Shown one piece after another: positions 7,740 through 16,029 of a stretch of DNA of 64,000 nt (within the stretch, counting starts at the first letter, position 1; each line of letters starts with the position of its first letter). The notes beneath the pieces are model-generated. The model made no database searches, had not been told where the DNA came from, and was given only the letters and a program-made list of their open reading frames with translations. The DNA comes from a virus (lineage: Duplodnaviria; Heunggongvirae; Uroviricota; Caudoviricetes), in the IMG/VR virus record IMGVR_UViG_3300037454_000941, positions 138,063-202,062 of that record; one strand, 5' to 3'. The position numbers and the translations under genes are program-made.

Positions 7740-7812
7740 GCACCCTTAGCCAAGCCTGGTAAGGCATGTGGTTGCAACCCACCGACCGGCGGTTCGAATC
7801 CGTCAGGGTGCT
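7740..7812 (+). tRNA. tRNA-Cys (GCA)
   Basis: acceptor GCACCCT/AGGGTGC, AC stem TGTGG/CCACC loop TTGCAAC, T-loop TTCGAAT. Confidence 0.7.
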
Positions 7813-7821
7813 CTAACTTTT

Positions 7822-7892
7822 ATCGCACTGATGTAATGGTAGCATGACTGTCTCCAAAACAGTTCGTAGGGGTCCGAATCCTTTGTGCGGTG
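7822..7892 (+). tRNA. tRNA-Trp (CCA), second copy
   Basis: AC stem ACTGT/ACAGT loop CTCCAAA, T-loop TCCGAAT. Confidence 0.55.
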
Positions 7893-7907
7893 TTATTTTT
7901 TCTTTAT

Positions 7908-7980
7908 GGGGCTCTGGCAGAGTTGGTCAATGCGCTGGACTGAAAATCCGGAGATTGGGGTTCGAATCCCCGGGGCCCCA
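7908..7980 (+). tRNA. tRNA-Phe (GAA)
   Basis: acceptor GGGGCTC/GGGCCCC, AC stem CTGGA/TCCGG loop CTGAAAA, T-loop TTCGAAT. Confidence 0.6.
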
Positions 7981-7986
7981 CTATTT

Positions 7987-8078
7987 GGAAGTGTCCCATA
8001 ATTGGTTATTGGCCCTCCTTGGAAAGGAGCGTGGTGGGGTAAATTCCCTGCATGGAGGTTCGAGCCCTCCCATTTCCG
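7987..8078 (+). tRNA. tRNA-Ser (GGA), class II
   Basis: acceptor GGAAGTG/CATTTCC, AC loop TTGGAAA, long variable arm, T-loop TTCGAGC. Confidence 0.65.
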
Positions 8079-8085
8079 CGAATTT

Positions 8086-8172
8086 GGAAGCGTAGACCTA
8101 ATTGGTAAGGCCCCCGGCTCGAACCCGGTGGTGAGGAAGTTCCTCATGTAGGTTCAAGTCCTGCCGCTTCCG
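8086..8172 (+). tRNA. tRNA-Ser (CGA), class II
   Basis: acceptor GGAAGCG/CGCTTCC, AC loop CTCGAAC, T-loop TTCAAGT. Confidence 0.65.
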
Positions 8173-8176
8173 CTAT

Positions 8177-8260
8177 GGAAGCGCACGAGATTGGTGACTC
8201 AAGCGGACTTGAAATCCGTGGTTCCGCAAGGGCTTGGGGGTTCGAATCCCTCCGCTTCCG
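8177..8260 (+). tRNA. tRNA-Ser (TGA), class II
   Basis: acceptor GGAAGCG/CGCTTCC, AC stem GCGGA/TCCGT loop CTTGAAA, T-loop TTCGAAT. Confidence 0.65.
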
Positions 8261-8266
8261 CGAAAT

Positions 8267-8339
8267 CAGTGTGTAGCTCAGCCGGTAGAGCGCATGCTTC
8301 GGGAGCATGAGGTCGGTGGATCGTTCCCACCCACGCTGA
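8267..8339 (+). tRNA. tRNA-Pro (CGG)
   Basis: AC stem CATGC/GCATG loop TTCGGGA. Confidence 0.6.
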
Positions 8340-8343
8340 CTAT

Positions 8344-8416
8344 TCCGACATAGCTCAATTGGCAGAGCAGTTCATTAGTAATGAACCGGTTACTCGTTCG
8401 ATGCGAGTTGTCGGAG
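8344..8416 (+). tRNA. tRNA-Thr (AGT)
   Basis: acceptor TCCGACA/TGTCGGA, AC stem GTTCA/TGAAC loop TTAGTAA; A34 anticodon is unusual for bacteria. Confidence 0.55.
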
Positions 8417-8422
8417 CTATTT

Positions 8423-8511
8423 GGAGAGGTAGCCTAATTGGTAAGGCAGGAGAGTGCTAATCTCCCGTGGCCCTCAAAAGCTGCTTGCAGGTTCAATCCC
8501 TGTCCTCTCCG
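8423..8511 (+). tRNA. tRNA-Ser (GCT), class II
   Basis: acceptor GGAGAGG/CCTCTCC, AC stem GGAGA/TCTCC loop GTGCTAA, T-loop TTCAATC. Confidence 0.65.
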
Positions 8512-8518
8512 CTATTAT

Positions 8519-8593
8519 GTTGAAGGTAGCTCAACTGGTAGAGTTCTGGCTTGTGACGCCAGAGGTTGCCGGATCATACCCGGTCCTTCAACC
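8519..8593 (+). tRNA. tRNA-His (GTG)-like, divergent T-loop
   Basis: acceptor GTTGAAG/CTTCAAC, AC stem CTGGC/GCCAG loop TTGTGAC, T-loop ATCATAC. Confidence 0.45.
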
Positions 8594-8640
8594 TATTAGT
8601 CATCCGAAATGTCGCGCTATTACCCAACAAAGGATACATT

Positions 8641-8970
8641 ATGGTGACCGTAGCCCAGATCAACGAATTGCGCAAGGCGACCCAAGTGAGCATGCTTCTT
8701 TGCAAGCAGGCTCTCGAAGCGACCGGCGGCGACTTCGATGCCGCCAGGGAATGGCTCCGAGGCCAGGGTCGCGAGGTCGCCGGGGAGGCCGGCGTGTTCG
8801 GGGTCACCCTGTTCGCTGACGGTGCAACGACCGGTTCCGAGGTGACATCGGGTTACGTGTACAATGACGGCCATACAGCAATCGACATCCGCGGATTCAG
8901 TGGAACCACCCCCACTTGCGTATGGGGCGATTTGAGACACCAAGTAATTTTGCGTCCTGCGAAAAATTGA
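8641..8970 (+). CDS. small protein with elongation factor Ts N-terminal (UBA-like) domain
   Basis: N-terminus VTVAQINELRKATQVSMLLCKQALEATGGDFDAAREWLRGQG matches the EF-Ts N-domain pattern (LRxxTGxxMxxCKKALxExxGDxExAxExLR); start preceded by AAAGGATACATT; embedded in tRNA array. Confidence 0.55.
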   Translation: MVTVAQINELRKATQVSMLLCKQALEATGGDFDAAREWLRGQGREVAGEAGVFGVTLFADGATTGSEVTSGYVYNDGHTAIDIRGFSGTTPTCVWGDLRHQVILRPAKN

Positions 8971-8975
8971 TCTTC

Positions 8976-9051
8976 GCCGGCGTAGCTCAATGGACTTTAG
9001 AGCAAGTGGCTTCTAACCACTAGGTTGCCAGTTCGACTCTGGCCGTCGGTA
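8976..9051 (+). tRNA. tRNA-Arg (TCT)
   Basis: AC stem AGTGG/CCACT loop CTTCTAA, T-loop TTCGACT. Confidence 0.6.
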
Positions 9052-9157
9052 TTTTTGTTATTAAAATGTTGGCAATGTTGACAAACTTTGAAAATAATGC
9101 TATATTATCGGCATCGGACAAGATGTCCATTATTAACAACCAACAAAAGGATACAAA

Positions 9158-9403
9158 ATGACAAAGACCACTGTTGCGTCTGCTCCCAAGATTACCGCCG
9201 CTGCGACCAAGTGCGTGTGTGACAAGGACACCAAGAAGCTCGTCGCCGAAAAGGCAAAGCTCGAAAAGGCCCTCGCCTCCGCCAACGCCAAGGCCGCGAA
9301 GGCTGCCAAGGTTTCCGCTGACAAGCTCGCCAAGGCCCAGGCAATGATCTCCAAGCTGAAGGGCACCGTGGCTGCCCTCAAGGCCGCCAAGAAGGCAAAG
9401 TAA
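9158..9403 (+). CDS. Ala/Lys-rich histone H1-like DNA-binding protein
   Basis: 81 aa, low-complexity AKKAAK repeats; same AAAGGATACA..ATG start context as the 8641 gene. Confidence 0.5.
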   Translation: MTKTTVASAPKITAAATKCVCDKDTKKLVAEKAKLEKALASANAKAAKAAKVSADKLAKAQAMISKLKGTVAALKAAKKAK

Positions 9404-9429
9404 TCCAAATTACTTTTGTTTACATCAGG

Positions 9430-9460
9430 CAACCGGGCGACCGGTTGCCATTGTTGTTTT
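9430..9460 (+). terminator. putative terminator hairpin
   Basis: CAACCGG-GCGA-CCGGTTG followed by a T-rich run. Confidence 0.4.
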
Positions 9461-9462
9461 CG

Positions 9463-9476
9463 GTTGCTATATTTTT
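9463..9476 (+). promoter_or_regulatory. extended -10 promoter motif (GTTGCTATATTTTT)
   Basis: recurrent motif 5 nt upstream of ATG 9481. Confidence 0.5.
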
Positions 9477-9480
9477 AAGC

Positions 9481-10455
9481 ATGAGAAAGATTACCACTAC
9501 ACATACTGGAATTATCGTGTCGGACACCGACATGGAACTGGAATACCTTTACGTGGGCGACTACGGCAAGGAAAACAATATCAAAGCTGATTTCCTGGGT
9601 TACACCAAGAAAATCAAAAAGGTAGAACATCGTCCGGTGGATATTACTGACAAGTTGGTTGTCACGGTATCTACACAGAAGGGATGCTTGGAAAAGTGCA
9701 AGTTTTGTGACTGTCCCAAGTATGGGTTCAAGGGGAACGTGCCGTATTTTCAACTCATGTCCGAGATTATAAATGGAGTGGCATTGTCCAAGATACAGCA
9801 GGGTCAACGTCTTAACGTGCATTTTGCCAGAATGGGTGAACCGACCTGGAATCCTGATGTAATCTCTGTAGCCCGTGACATCGGAACTATAATGAATGGT
9901 GCGCAGAAGTTTATCGAGTATCATCCGGTGGTATCGACCATGCTTCCGAAAAATAACAAGAAGCTTATTCAGTTCCTGCATGCCTGGTGTGAACTAGGAA
10001 ACATGAACTTGTGGAACGGCGGTATCGGCCTCCAATTCTCCATCAACACCCTGGATGAAGCCGACCGTAATGACATGTTCAACAATTGCTCCCTTTCACT
10101 TGCGGAAATTTCAGAAATCGGGAAGCAGCTCCCGATGCCGACGGGACGAAAGTATACACTGAACTTTGCAGTGACCGGTAAGTGCAATTTGGATCCGGAA
10201 ATAATGGGAAGGTATTTTGACAAGGATAAGTTTCTTGTCAAGATCACACCTATCCATGCGACCGAGGAAGCTATCAAGAACGATTTTGCAACTGAATTTG
10301 ACTTCGATGTGTACGAGAAGTTCGAACGTCCTCTGGTCGAGGCTGGGTGGGACGTAATCGTGTTCATCCCGTCATTTGAAGAGGATTCTGACAGGATTAC
10401 ATGTGGTAACTCGCTGATTGCGCTGGGGGCTGCCGATGAAGGTTCTGCTGGTTAA
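9481..10455 (+). CDS. radical SAM enzyme, RlmN/Cfr-like RNA methyltransferase family
   Basis: STQKGCLEKCKFCDC (compare RlmN SSQVGCALECKFCST), RMGEPTWN, C-terminal ITCGNS resembling the RlmN catalytic Cys region. Confidence 0.7.
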   Translation: MRKITTTHTGIIVSDTDMELEYLYVGDYGKENNIKADFLGYTKKIKKVEHRPVDITDKLVVTVSTQKGCLEKCKFCDCPKYGFKGNVPYFQLMSEIINGVALSKIQQGQRLNVHFARMGEPTWNPDVISVARDIGTIMNGAQKFIEYHPVVSTMLPKNNKKLIQFLHAWCELGNMNLWNGGIGLQFSINTLDEADRNDMFNNCSLSLAEISEIGKQLPMPTGRKYTLNFAVTGKCNLDPEIMGRYFDKDKFLVKITPIHATEEAIKNDFATEFDFDVYEKFERPLVEAGWDVIVFIPSFEEDSDRITCGNSLIALGAADEGSAG

Positions 10456-11071
10456 TGGAAGTCCAAGGCAGCATGGGTGTACCGAGCGTGCGCTCATTGA
10501 AGTGCGTGATGCGCTTTCCGGTCTATGTGATGATACCGAACTGATATGGCTGGGTACTCAGGTTTCCTGCTGTACCAACTGCAGGTGTTGCAAGGGTACA
10601 GATGCAACCCGACGGTGCGTCGAGGGCGGCATAGTGAACAAGTTTCTTGATATGCTACCGGGCACTGATGCGGTGGTGTTCGGTTCACCGGTGTATTACG
10701 GTGGCCTAAGTGGCCAGATGGTTAACTTTCTCACTTGGTGCTTCTATTCGTCCCCGAAATCGTTCGTGGGAAAATATGTGGCGGGTATAACTAGCTCACG
10801 CAGGGCCGGTGGGCCGTCGGCGTTGGCATCTTTCAACCAGTTTTTCCTGATGCATAGCATGGTGGTCGTGGGGAGCCAATATTGGAACGAGGTCCATGGG
10901 GATAACCCGGAAGAACTAAAATATGATGTCGAGGGAATGCAGTCGATGCGCAGGCTGGCATACAATATCCACAATGCTGTCCACGGCACTAATGTGGAGT
11001 TCCCGGAAAAGCATATTCACACCAATTTCATTAGCAGGGAATTTTTAAAATTGCAAGAGGAAGGAAAATGA
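10436..11071 (+). CDS. flavodoxin-like NAD(P)H-dependent FMN reductase / iron-sulfur flavoprotein
   Basis: MKVLLVNGSPRQHGCTERAL N-terminus typical of the NADPH-dependent FMN reductase family; overlaps radical SAM gene end. Confidence 0.7.
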   Translation: MKVLLVNGSPRQHGCTERALIEVRDALSGLCDDTELIWLGTQVSCCTNCRCCKGTDATRRCVEGGIVNKFLDMLPGTDAVVFGSPVYYGGLSGQMVNFLTWCFYSSPKSFVGKYVAGITSSRRAGGPSALASFNQFFLMHSMVVVGSQYWNEVHGDNPEELKYDVEGMQSMRRLAYNIHNAVHGTNVEFPEKHIHTNFISREFLKLQEEGK

Positions 11072-11778
11072 AAATCGACATACTCACTGGAAATATCGGT
11101 TCCGGCAAGAGCACCGTGGCCGAAGAGCTCCGCAATATGGGCATCCCGGTCATCAGTGCGGACTGCATGATGAAGGACATCTACCGCAATGACCCGAATA
11201 TTCGCGGCACAGTGACGGCGATTTGGGGTCCCGAGGCCCTGGATCCGGTCATCGGGCTGGGGGAGAAGGTGCGCAATGCGGCCCTCGATGACCCGTCGGT
11301 CTATGAATATCTCACGCGCATCCTCCATTATCCAATGTATGCGAACCTGTGCCAGATTTTACGTGCGCTGGAGATGCTGAGGCCGAAAGTGACCCATGCG
11401 GTAATCGAGTCGGCCACTATCGCCGAATGGATGTTTGCCTGGATAAACCCGGGCATCAAGGTCGGACACACATTCAGGGTGTCCACTTCTAACAAGGATG
11501 CACGCATTGACCGTGTGGTTGAACGGTACAAGAAGCGATTCAGCCTGCATACTGAACGTACGGGTTTCCCCCAATATCCGGAGGAAGTCTACGAAGGGAA
11601 CCGCAAGGTCCTCGCCAAGTATAGGGAGATGGTCATCCGCACGGACGATCTGCAGAACCATGTCAATGCGAAGTGGGAAGGTGATGACCGTATCGGAACG
11701 GTGCACGATTTCCTGAATGACAGCGAGAATGACCCGCTGAGCATCGCATGCAGCATCCGGGATTGTCTTATCGGCTAG
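11068..11778 (+). CDS. P-loop kinase, dephospho-CoA kinase (CoaE)-like; possible nucleotide kinase
   Basis: MKIDILTGNIGSGKSTVAEEL...VISADCMMKD matches CoaE N-terminal Walker A block. Confidence 0.65.
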   Translation: MKIDILTGNIGSGKSTVAEELRNMGIPVISADCMMKDIYRNDPNIRGTVTAIWGPEALDPVIGLGEKVRNAALDDPSVYEYLTRILHYPMYANLCQILRALEMLRPKVTHAVIESATIAEWMFAWINPGIKVGHTFRVSTSNKDARIDRVVERYKKRFSLHTERTGFPQYPEEVYEGNRKVLAKYREMVIRTDDLQNHVNAKWEGDDRIGTVHDFLNDSENDPLSIACSIRDCLIG

Positions 11779-11834
11779 TGTAAACATACGTTAACATTGA
11801 TGGGAATCCGGCACAGGTGCCAAAACATGACACC

Positions 11835-11846
11835 TTTGCTATATTT
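11835..11846 (+). promoter_or_regulatory. extended -10 promoter motif (TTTGCTATATTT)
   Basis: 5 nt upstream of ATG 11852. Confidence 0.55.
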
Positions 11847-11851
11847 AGAAC

Positions 11852-13012
11852 ATGATGGACAAAAAGAAGACAAATGCCAATAAGACTGTGCGACTCAGCC
11901 ACGTTACGGAATTCCGCCCCGAGAAGCCGGTGATGTTTGATCCTCCCAAGTTGATGTTTGTTTGGGACGAAGATGACGTTGTGGAAGGCGACAATGGAGC
12001 GGCCCCGTATTTTGCCAGCGTGATCTACGTTAACCCGCGGATGGTCGGGCATGGCGTTCTCGCAGAGGGTGACGGGGCTTCTGCCAAGAATTTCGGCACA
12101 ACGTGGGACCATTGCGCCCTTATTGAAGAATGTAACAAGGCGCCAAGTTTCGGTTCCACGCTGGGCAAGCGTGATAATTCTGATCCCCGCTACCGGTCAA
12201 TCGACCACATTCCGCTTGCGGTTTATGAATATCTGCAAAGCAGTGACGCTTGCCATGTATCTCATGATGAAATTGTCACCCATCGAGAACTGTCCCAATG
12301 GGTTGGCGAGGGAAAGGGTGAGGTCCTTTACTGCAAGCGTGGCGAGAGCGACGTGTTCCCGCAGTACAGCAATTCGTTCAAGTACAGGGCCGAACGGGAG
12401 AACCTGCCCGTCGTGTGGGCGCGTACCGTATGCGGGGAAGATCTCTACGTCATGGTCAGGAAGTATGGCGACAAGCAACCGTCCCACCCGACCTACAAGT
12501 ACATGGGCCTGGCTGCCGAGGAAACTCCCGATATCATGCCGGTACCCGAGAAAAAGATGGCCACCCTGTCCAACGTGGTCTACTGGATTTGTGACCGCAT
12601 CAGGCCACTCGGGTTCAGTGTCGCCTACGGTGACAGCGAGGTTCTGATTCAAGGGACTGCGGAATGTAACGACAAGAGCCTCAATCTGTGTCCGATGCTA
12701 TGCGAATTCCTGCCCAAGGTAGCTAATGGTACAATGGAGCTCACTGACCGCGAGTACATCCCGCAAGAAGATGATACGGGTGTCCTTGTATACAATCCGT
12801 CCATGGACATGGACACCTACATCAGGACAATGGACCGGATTTTCTTCATCGAGCATTTGATTGTCAGGATGACCGGTCTCGGTAAGGAAAATTTGGGGAA
12901 ATACAGGTTCCCCGTGGAAATCGCGGATTCGCTGTGCAAGGCGTTCCCGTACCTGCGTGAGCACTACCATGAACTGATCCGTACCCCGGACTGGAACGAT
13001 TACACAAAATGA
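11852..13012 (+). CDS. hypothetical protein
   Basis: 386-aa ORF immediately after promoter motif. Confidence 0.65.
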   Translation: MMDKKKTNANKTVRLSHVTEFRPEKPVMFDPPKLMFVWDEDDVVEGDNGAAPYFASVIYVNPRMVGHGVLAEGDGASAKNFGTTWDHCALIEECNKAPSFGSTLGKRDNSDPRYRSIDHIPLAVYEYLQSSDACHVSHDEIVTHRELSQWVGEGKGEVLYCKRGESDVFPQYSNSFKYRAERENLPVVWARTVCGEDLYVMVRKYGDKQPSHPTYKYMGLAAEETPDIMPVPEKKMATLSNVVYWICDRIRPLGFSVAYGDSEVLIQGTAECNDKSLNLCPMLCEFLPKVANGTMELTDREYIPQEDDTGVLVYNPSMDMDTYIRTMDRIFFIEHLIVRMTGLGKENLGKYRFPVEIADSLCKAFPYLREHYHELIRTPDWNDYTK

Positions 13013-13797
13013 GGCCAACAATGACGAAAAACGGAAAAAGAGCCGAAAAAGCCAAGCTAAGAGATCTATTCGCCCCTCATGAAGTCGATGTATCTGGCTT
13101 CTCGCCGGTGGTACAGGCGCGGTTCGCTGAAGCCATTGAGCGCATCAAGGCGGAAAAAGACAAGATGTACTTCCTGGATGACATGGAACGCGCCATGATA
13201 GGCACCGCAATGGTCCAGTATGTGCCGCCCCGTGAGTCGGGTGCGGACAATGAAAAAACGGAATCGCCCGCGCCAATAACCAAATTGGTGGCCGTGTACG
13301 AAAGGGAACTTGCCATCAAGTGCAAGATGGAGAGCTATGGGTCGGACTGGGCGGACAACATCGGAACATATACCGCCGAAGAAAGGGCTGACGAGGGCTT
13401 TATGCAGGGCGAGCTATATACCCTCGCGTGTGATGATTTTGGTTTCAACACGCTCAGGTCGTTGCCGTATAAGCATGAGTATGCGCCGGTTATCTTCGAG
13501 GCGTTCCATGAAGGCGATGAACGCAGTGACCTTGATCAGTTTGACGAACCTGTCGTGGCTCATGGCGATAGTCGGTTTGACGATGCGCTTATCGGGACCT
13601 ACGAGAATGGAGACGGGGATATTGCCGCCGTATATGACATCGGCCTCCTCGGCGACAGGTTGGACGACCTCCTCAAAACGTTGGGGGATGGCCCGAAGCC
13701 CCTGTTGCTTAATCACTTCAAGGTCGATGACGGGCAGTTCGAGACCTTCCGCAAGACCGTTAACGAAGAAGAAATGGAGAAGCTGATGTATGCCTAG
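13009..13797 (+). CDS. hypothetical protein
   Basis: 262-aa ORF, 4-nt overlap with upstream gene. Confidence 0.6.
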   Translation: MRPTMTKNGKRAEKAKLRDLFAPHEVDVSGFSPVVQARFAEAIERIKAEKDKMYFLDDMERAMIGTAMVQYVPPRESGADNEKTESPAPITKLVAVYERELAIKCKMESYGSDWADNIGTYTAEERADEGFMQGELYTLACDDFGFNTLRSLPYKHEYAPVIFEAFHEGDERSDLDQFDEPVVAHGDSRFDDALIGTYENGDGDIAAVYDIGLLGDRLDDLLKTLGDGPKPLLLNHFKVDDGQFETFRKTVNEEEMEKLMYA

Positions 13798-14413
13798 ATA
13801 TGAGAAGCCCGAGTACGAAGGCGATTCCCGCCCGGAGACACAGAAGCATATCGATACCGTGAATGAAAACGGCAGGAAGTTCTGTGACAAGCTAATGGAA
13901 CGCCTGGGACGCCATGATGCATCCAAGCTGGTTGCGCCCGAGCACAAGTATTTCGACAAGGGCACCCCGGAGCTCGAAAAAAGCACGTATGGGGAAAAGT
14001 CATACGACGATGCCAAGGGCAAAATCAAGGAGGGCCTCAAGCACCATTACGCCAACAACGATCACCATCCGGAGCATTTCGGCGAAGAGGGTATTTCGGG
14101 CATGAACCTGTACCAGCTTGTCGAAATGTGGCTCGACTGGACCGCCGCGGTCAGGCGTCACGCGGACGGGAACATCTTCAATAGCATCATGGTGAACCGG
14201 TTCAAGCGCCCGGAGTTCCATATGGATGACCAGATTTTCAAGATCTTCTTGAATACGGCGACCGAGGATTTTCCCGAGCAGATGGACGGGGCCAACGACG
14301 ATTTCCAGCGGTATCTCATGGAGGAGATGCACAAGAGCGGAACCGGTGACGGCGATGCCGACAAGAGCACGGAGAAGGAAAAATCCGATGAGGAACAGAA
14401 GCCCGAGGAATAG
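13790..14413 (+). CDS. hypothetical protein
   Basis: 207-aa ORF, acidic C-terminus. Confidence 0.6.
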   Translation: MPRYEKPEYEGDSRPETQKHIDTVNENGRKFCDKLMERLGRHDASKLVAPEHKYFDKGTPELEKSTYGEKSYDDAKGKIKEGLKHHYANNDHHPEHFGEEGISGMNLYQLVEMWLDWTAAVRRHADGNIFNSIMVNRFKRPEFHMDDQIFKIFLNTATEDFPEQMDGANDDFQRYLMEEMHKSGTGDGDADKSTEKEKSDEEQKPEE

Positions 14414-14699
14414 CCGGAAGTACATCGAGTTTGACAGCAAACCGGAACTGGTGACCGTGGGGGAACTGTCTGATACGTTGGGCAATCCCGGCGAGCCGGT
14501 CGTAATCCCGTTGCCGATTATCATCAATCTGGGAGGCACCGATCGAGTGGCTACGCATGTCACCATCGTAAAGGGCGATGACGGAAAATTCATCTCGGTA
14601 TTTGCACACGTGGAAAATGGAGTGATCGCCCTTATAACCGAGATCGGTGAATCGGAAGATTCGGGAAGAAAGCTGTCTGGCAATGAAATAATCAACTGA
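14388..14699 (+). CDS. hypothetical protein
   Basis: ATG at 14388 in-frame with track ORF 14346..14699. Confidence 0.45.
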   Translation: MRNRSPRNSRKYIEFDSKPELVTVGELSDTLGNPGEPVVIPLPIIINLGGTDRVATHVTIVKGDDGKFISVFAHVENGVIALITEIGESEDSGRKLSGNEIIN

Positions 14700-14708
14700 G
14701 GAATTTGC

Positions 14709-15290
14709 GTGAGTAATACTTGTACATGCCCATGCTGTAGACATGGCAGGGGAGAACTGACCGAATATGAATACGGGTGGTATCTGCGCGGCTGTATAGA
14801 GATAGCCGCGATGGTACCACAGTCCGTCCTTGACTATTGCAAGGATACGACCAGGTCGGCCAAGGAAGAACAGGATTTCGAGATGGACCTGTGGACCGAC
14901 GATTCGGGAAACCGGATTATCCTGAAGGAAATTGCCGAACAGTGCCGCAAGAACAAGCTGGAAGTCCCGGAAGCGTTCGAGAAGCCTGATGAGCCCATCA
15001 AGATTACCGTATTTAACGGGATGACACAGCGAGAGCGCGGGTGGTATCTGAAAGGTTGTATCCAGACGGGTGCTTTTATTCCCGCTGTAATACTGGACAG
15101 GTGCAAGCTCGAATCGTCTTCTAGTGAAGAACGGGATTTTGTCGGCAAGCTACTTGGGAAACTTGCATCCGTCCGTTTCCAGTTAAAGAACTTGGTTGCC
15201 GAAATTACGGAACACCCGGAGCCGGCATTCCTGCATCCGGAAGAATATACACTCCCAAAGGAGAATTTTAATGCCAAGACAGGTTGTTGA
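14709..15290 (+). CDS. hypothetical protein with internal duplication (GWYL[RK]GCI...ILD[YR]CK twice)
   Basis: 193-aa ORF with GTG start; two homologous halves. Confidence 0.45.
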   Translation: MSNTCTCPCCRHGRGELTEYEYGWYLRGCIEIAAMVPQSVLDYCKDTTRSAKEEQDFEMDLWTDDSGNRIILKEIAEQCRKNKLEVPEAFEKPDEPIKITVFNGMTQRERGWYLKGCIQTGAFIPAVILDRCKLESSSSEERDFVGKLLGKLASVRFQLKNLVAEITEHPEPAFLHPEEYTLPKENFNAKTGC

Positions 15291-15927
15291 GCACGGGATC
15301 TACCGCCATTTCAAGGGAAAATTCTATATCGTCGAAGGAATTGCTAAGCATTCCGAGACCGGCGAGCCGATGGTAGTCTACCGCCATCTATACGGTGACC
15401 GTTCCCTTTGCGTGCGCCCGATGGACATGTTCCTGTCGGAAGTGGACCGCGAGAAGTACCCGGATGCGGAACAGCAGCACCGCTTCGAGCTTGTCGACGA
15501 GTACGGCGTAATCGCAAAGCCTACCGAGGAGGAGAATGAGCTGGAGAAAACCATCAAGGACACTACCTACATCAGCTTGACTGACTGGCTAGTCCTGTAT
15601 TTCTACATGCTCGACAACCGGCTGTGTAAGGATGGCGAGTTCGTTGATACCCTGAATGAACTGAGCGGGTTCAGGGAGGCGTTCATGCGCATCGGTTGGT
15701 GCCGATTTAACAAGAACATTGTTCTCAGCTACGGCCCGGAACACCTGGCACGGCTCTCGAAACAGGTTTTCGAGGTGGATACCGATACCGGGTACGTCAC
15801 GTGTAACCTTGAACGTGAACAGATGCAGCATTTTATAAACAAGTTGCCCGGCATCGTGTTCGAAATCACCAATGACGCTTTCCACCATGTGGAACAGATG
15901 AGGATTATCCGCGGTACCACCAAGTAA
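15271..15927 (+). CDS. DUF1653 domain protein
   Basis: N-terminus GIYRHFKGKFYIVEGIAKHSETGEPMVVYRHLYGD matches the DUF1653 signature; AAAGGAG RBS. Confidence 0.7.
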   Translation: MPRQVVEHGIYRHFKGKFYIVEGIAKHSETGEPMVVYRHLYGDRSLCVRPMDMFLSEVDREKYPDAEQQHRFELVDEYGVIAKPTEEENELEKTIKDTTYISLTDWLVLYFYMLDNRLCKDGEFVDTLNELSGFREAFMRIGWCRFNKNIVLSYGPEHLARLSKQVFEVDTDTGYVTCNLEREQMQHFINKLPGIVFEITNDAFHHVEQMRIIRGTTK

Positions 15928-15974
15928 CAATGACCGGTTCCTGTGCGGAACCCATCTAAGTACCCGGTTTATCG

Positions 15975-16008
15975 GGGCTTCCGACGCGGAGAATTAAAAC
16001 TTAACGGG
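15975..16008 (+). repeat. intergenic motif copy 1 (GGGGCTTCCGACGCGGAGAATTAAAA)
   Basis: near-identical to the motif at about 16272-16305. Confidence 0.4.
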
Positions 16009-16029
16009 GCCTAGACCCAAAGGGGCACT

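Noticed and set aside
5373-9133. Six-frame ORFs inside the tRNA array (6028-6240, 6774-7061, 7469-7762, 7516-7782, 7599-7847, 7844-8095, 7893-8147, 8454-8819, 8574-8807, 8620-8943)
   Set aside because: They overlap hand-folded tRNA genes on both strands and have G/P/R-rich translations typical of reading through tRNA sequence. Only the 8641-8970 portion of 8566-8970 was kept because of its EF-Ts-like N-terminus.
14000-14744. Minus-strand ORFs 14000-14695 (231 aa) and 14316-14744 opposite plus-strand genes
   Set aside because: They are antisense to a continuous, tightly spaced plus-strand operon and show low-complexity translations. The plus-strand genes have better start contexts.
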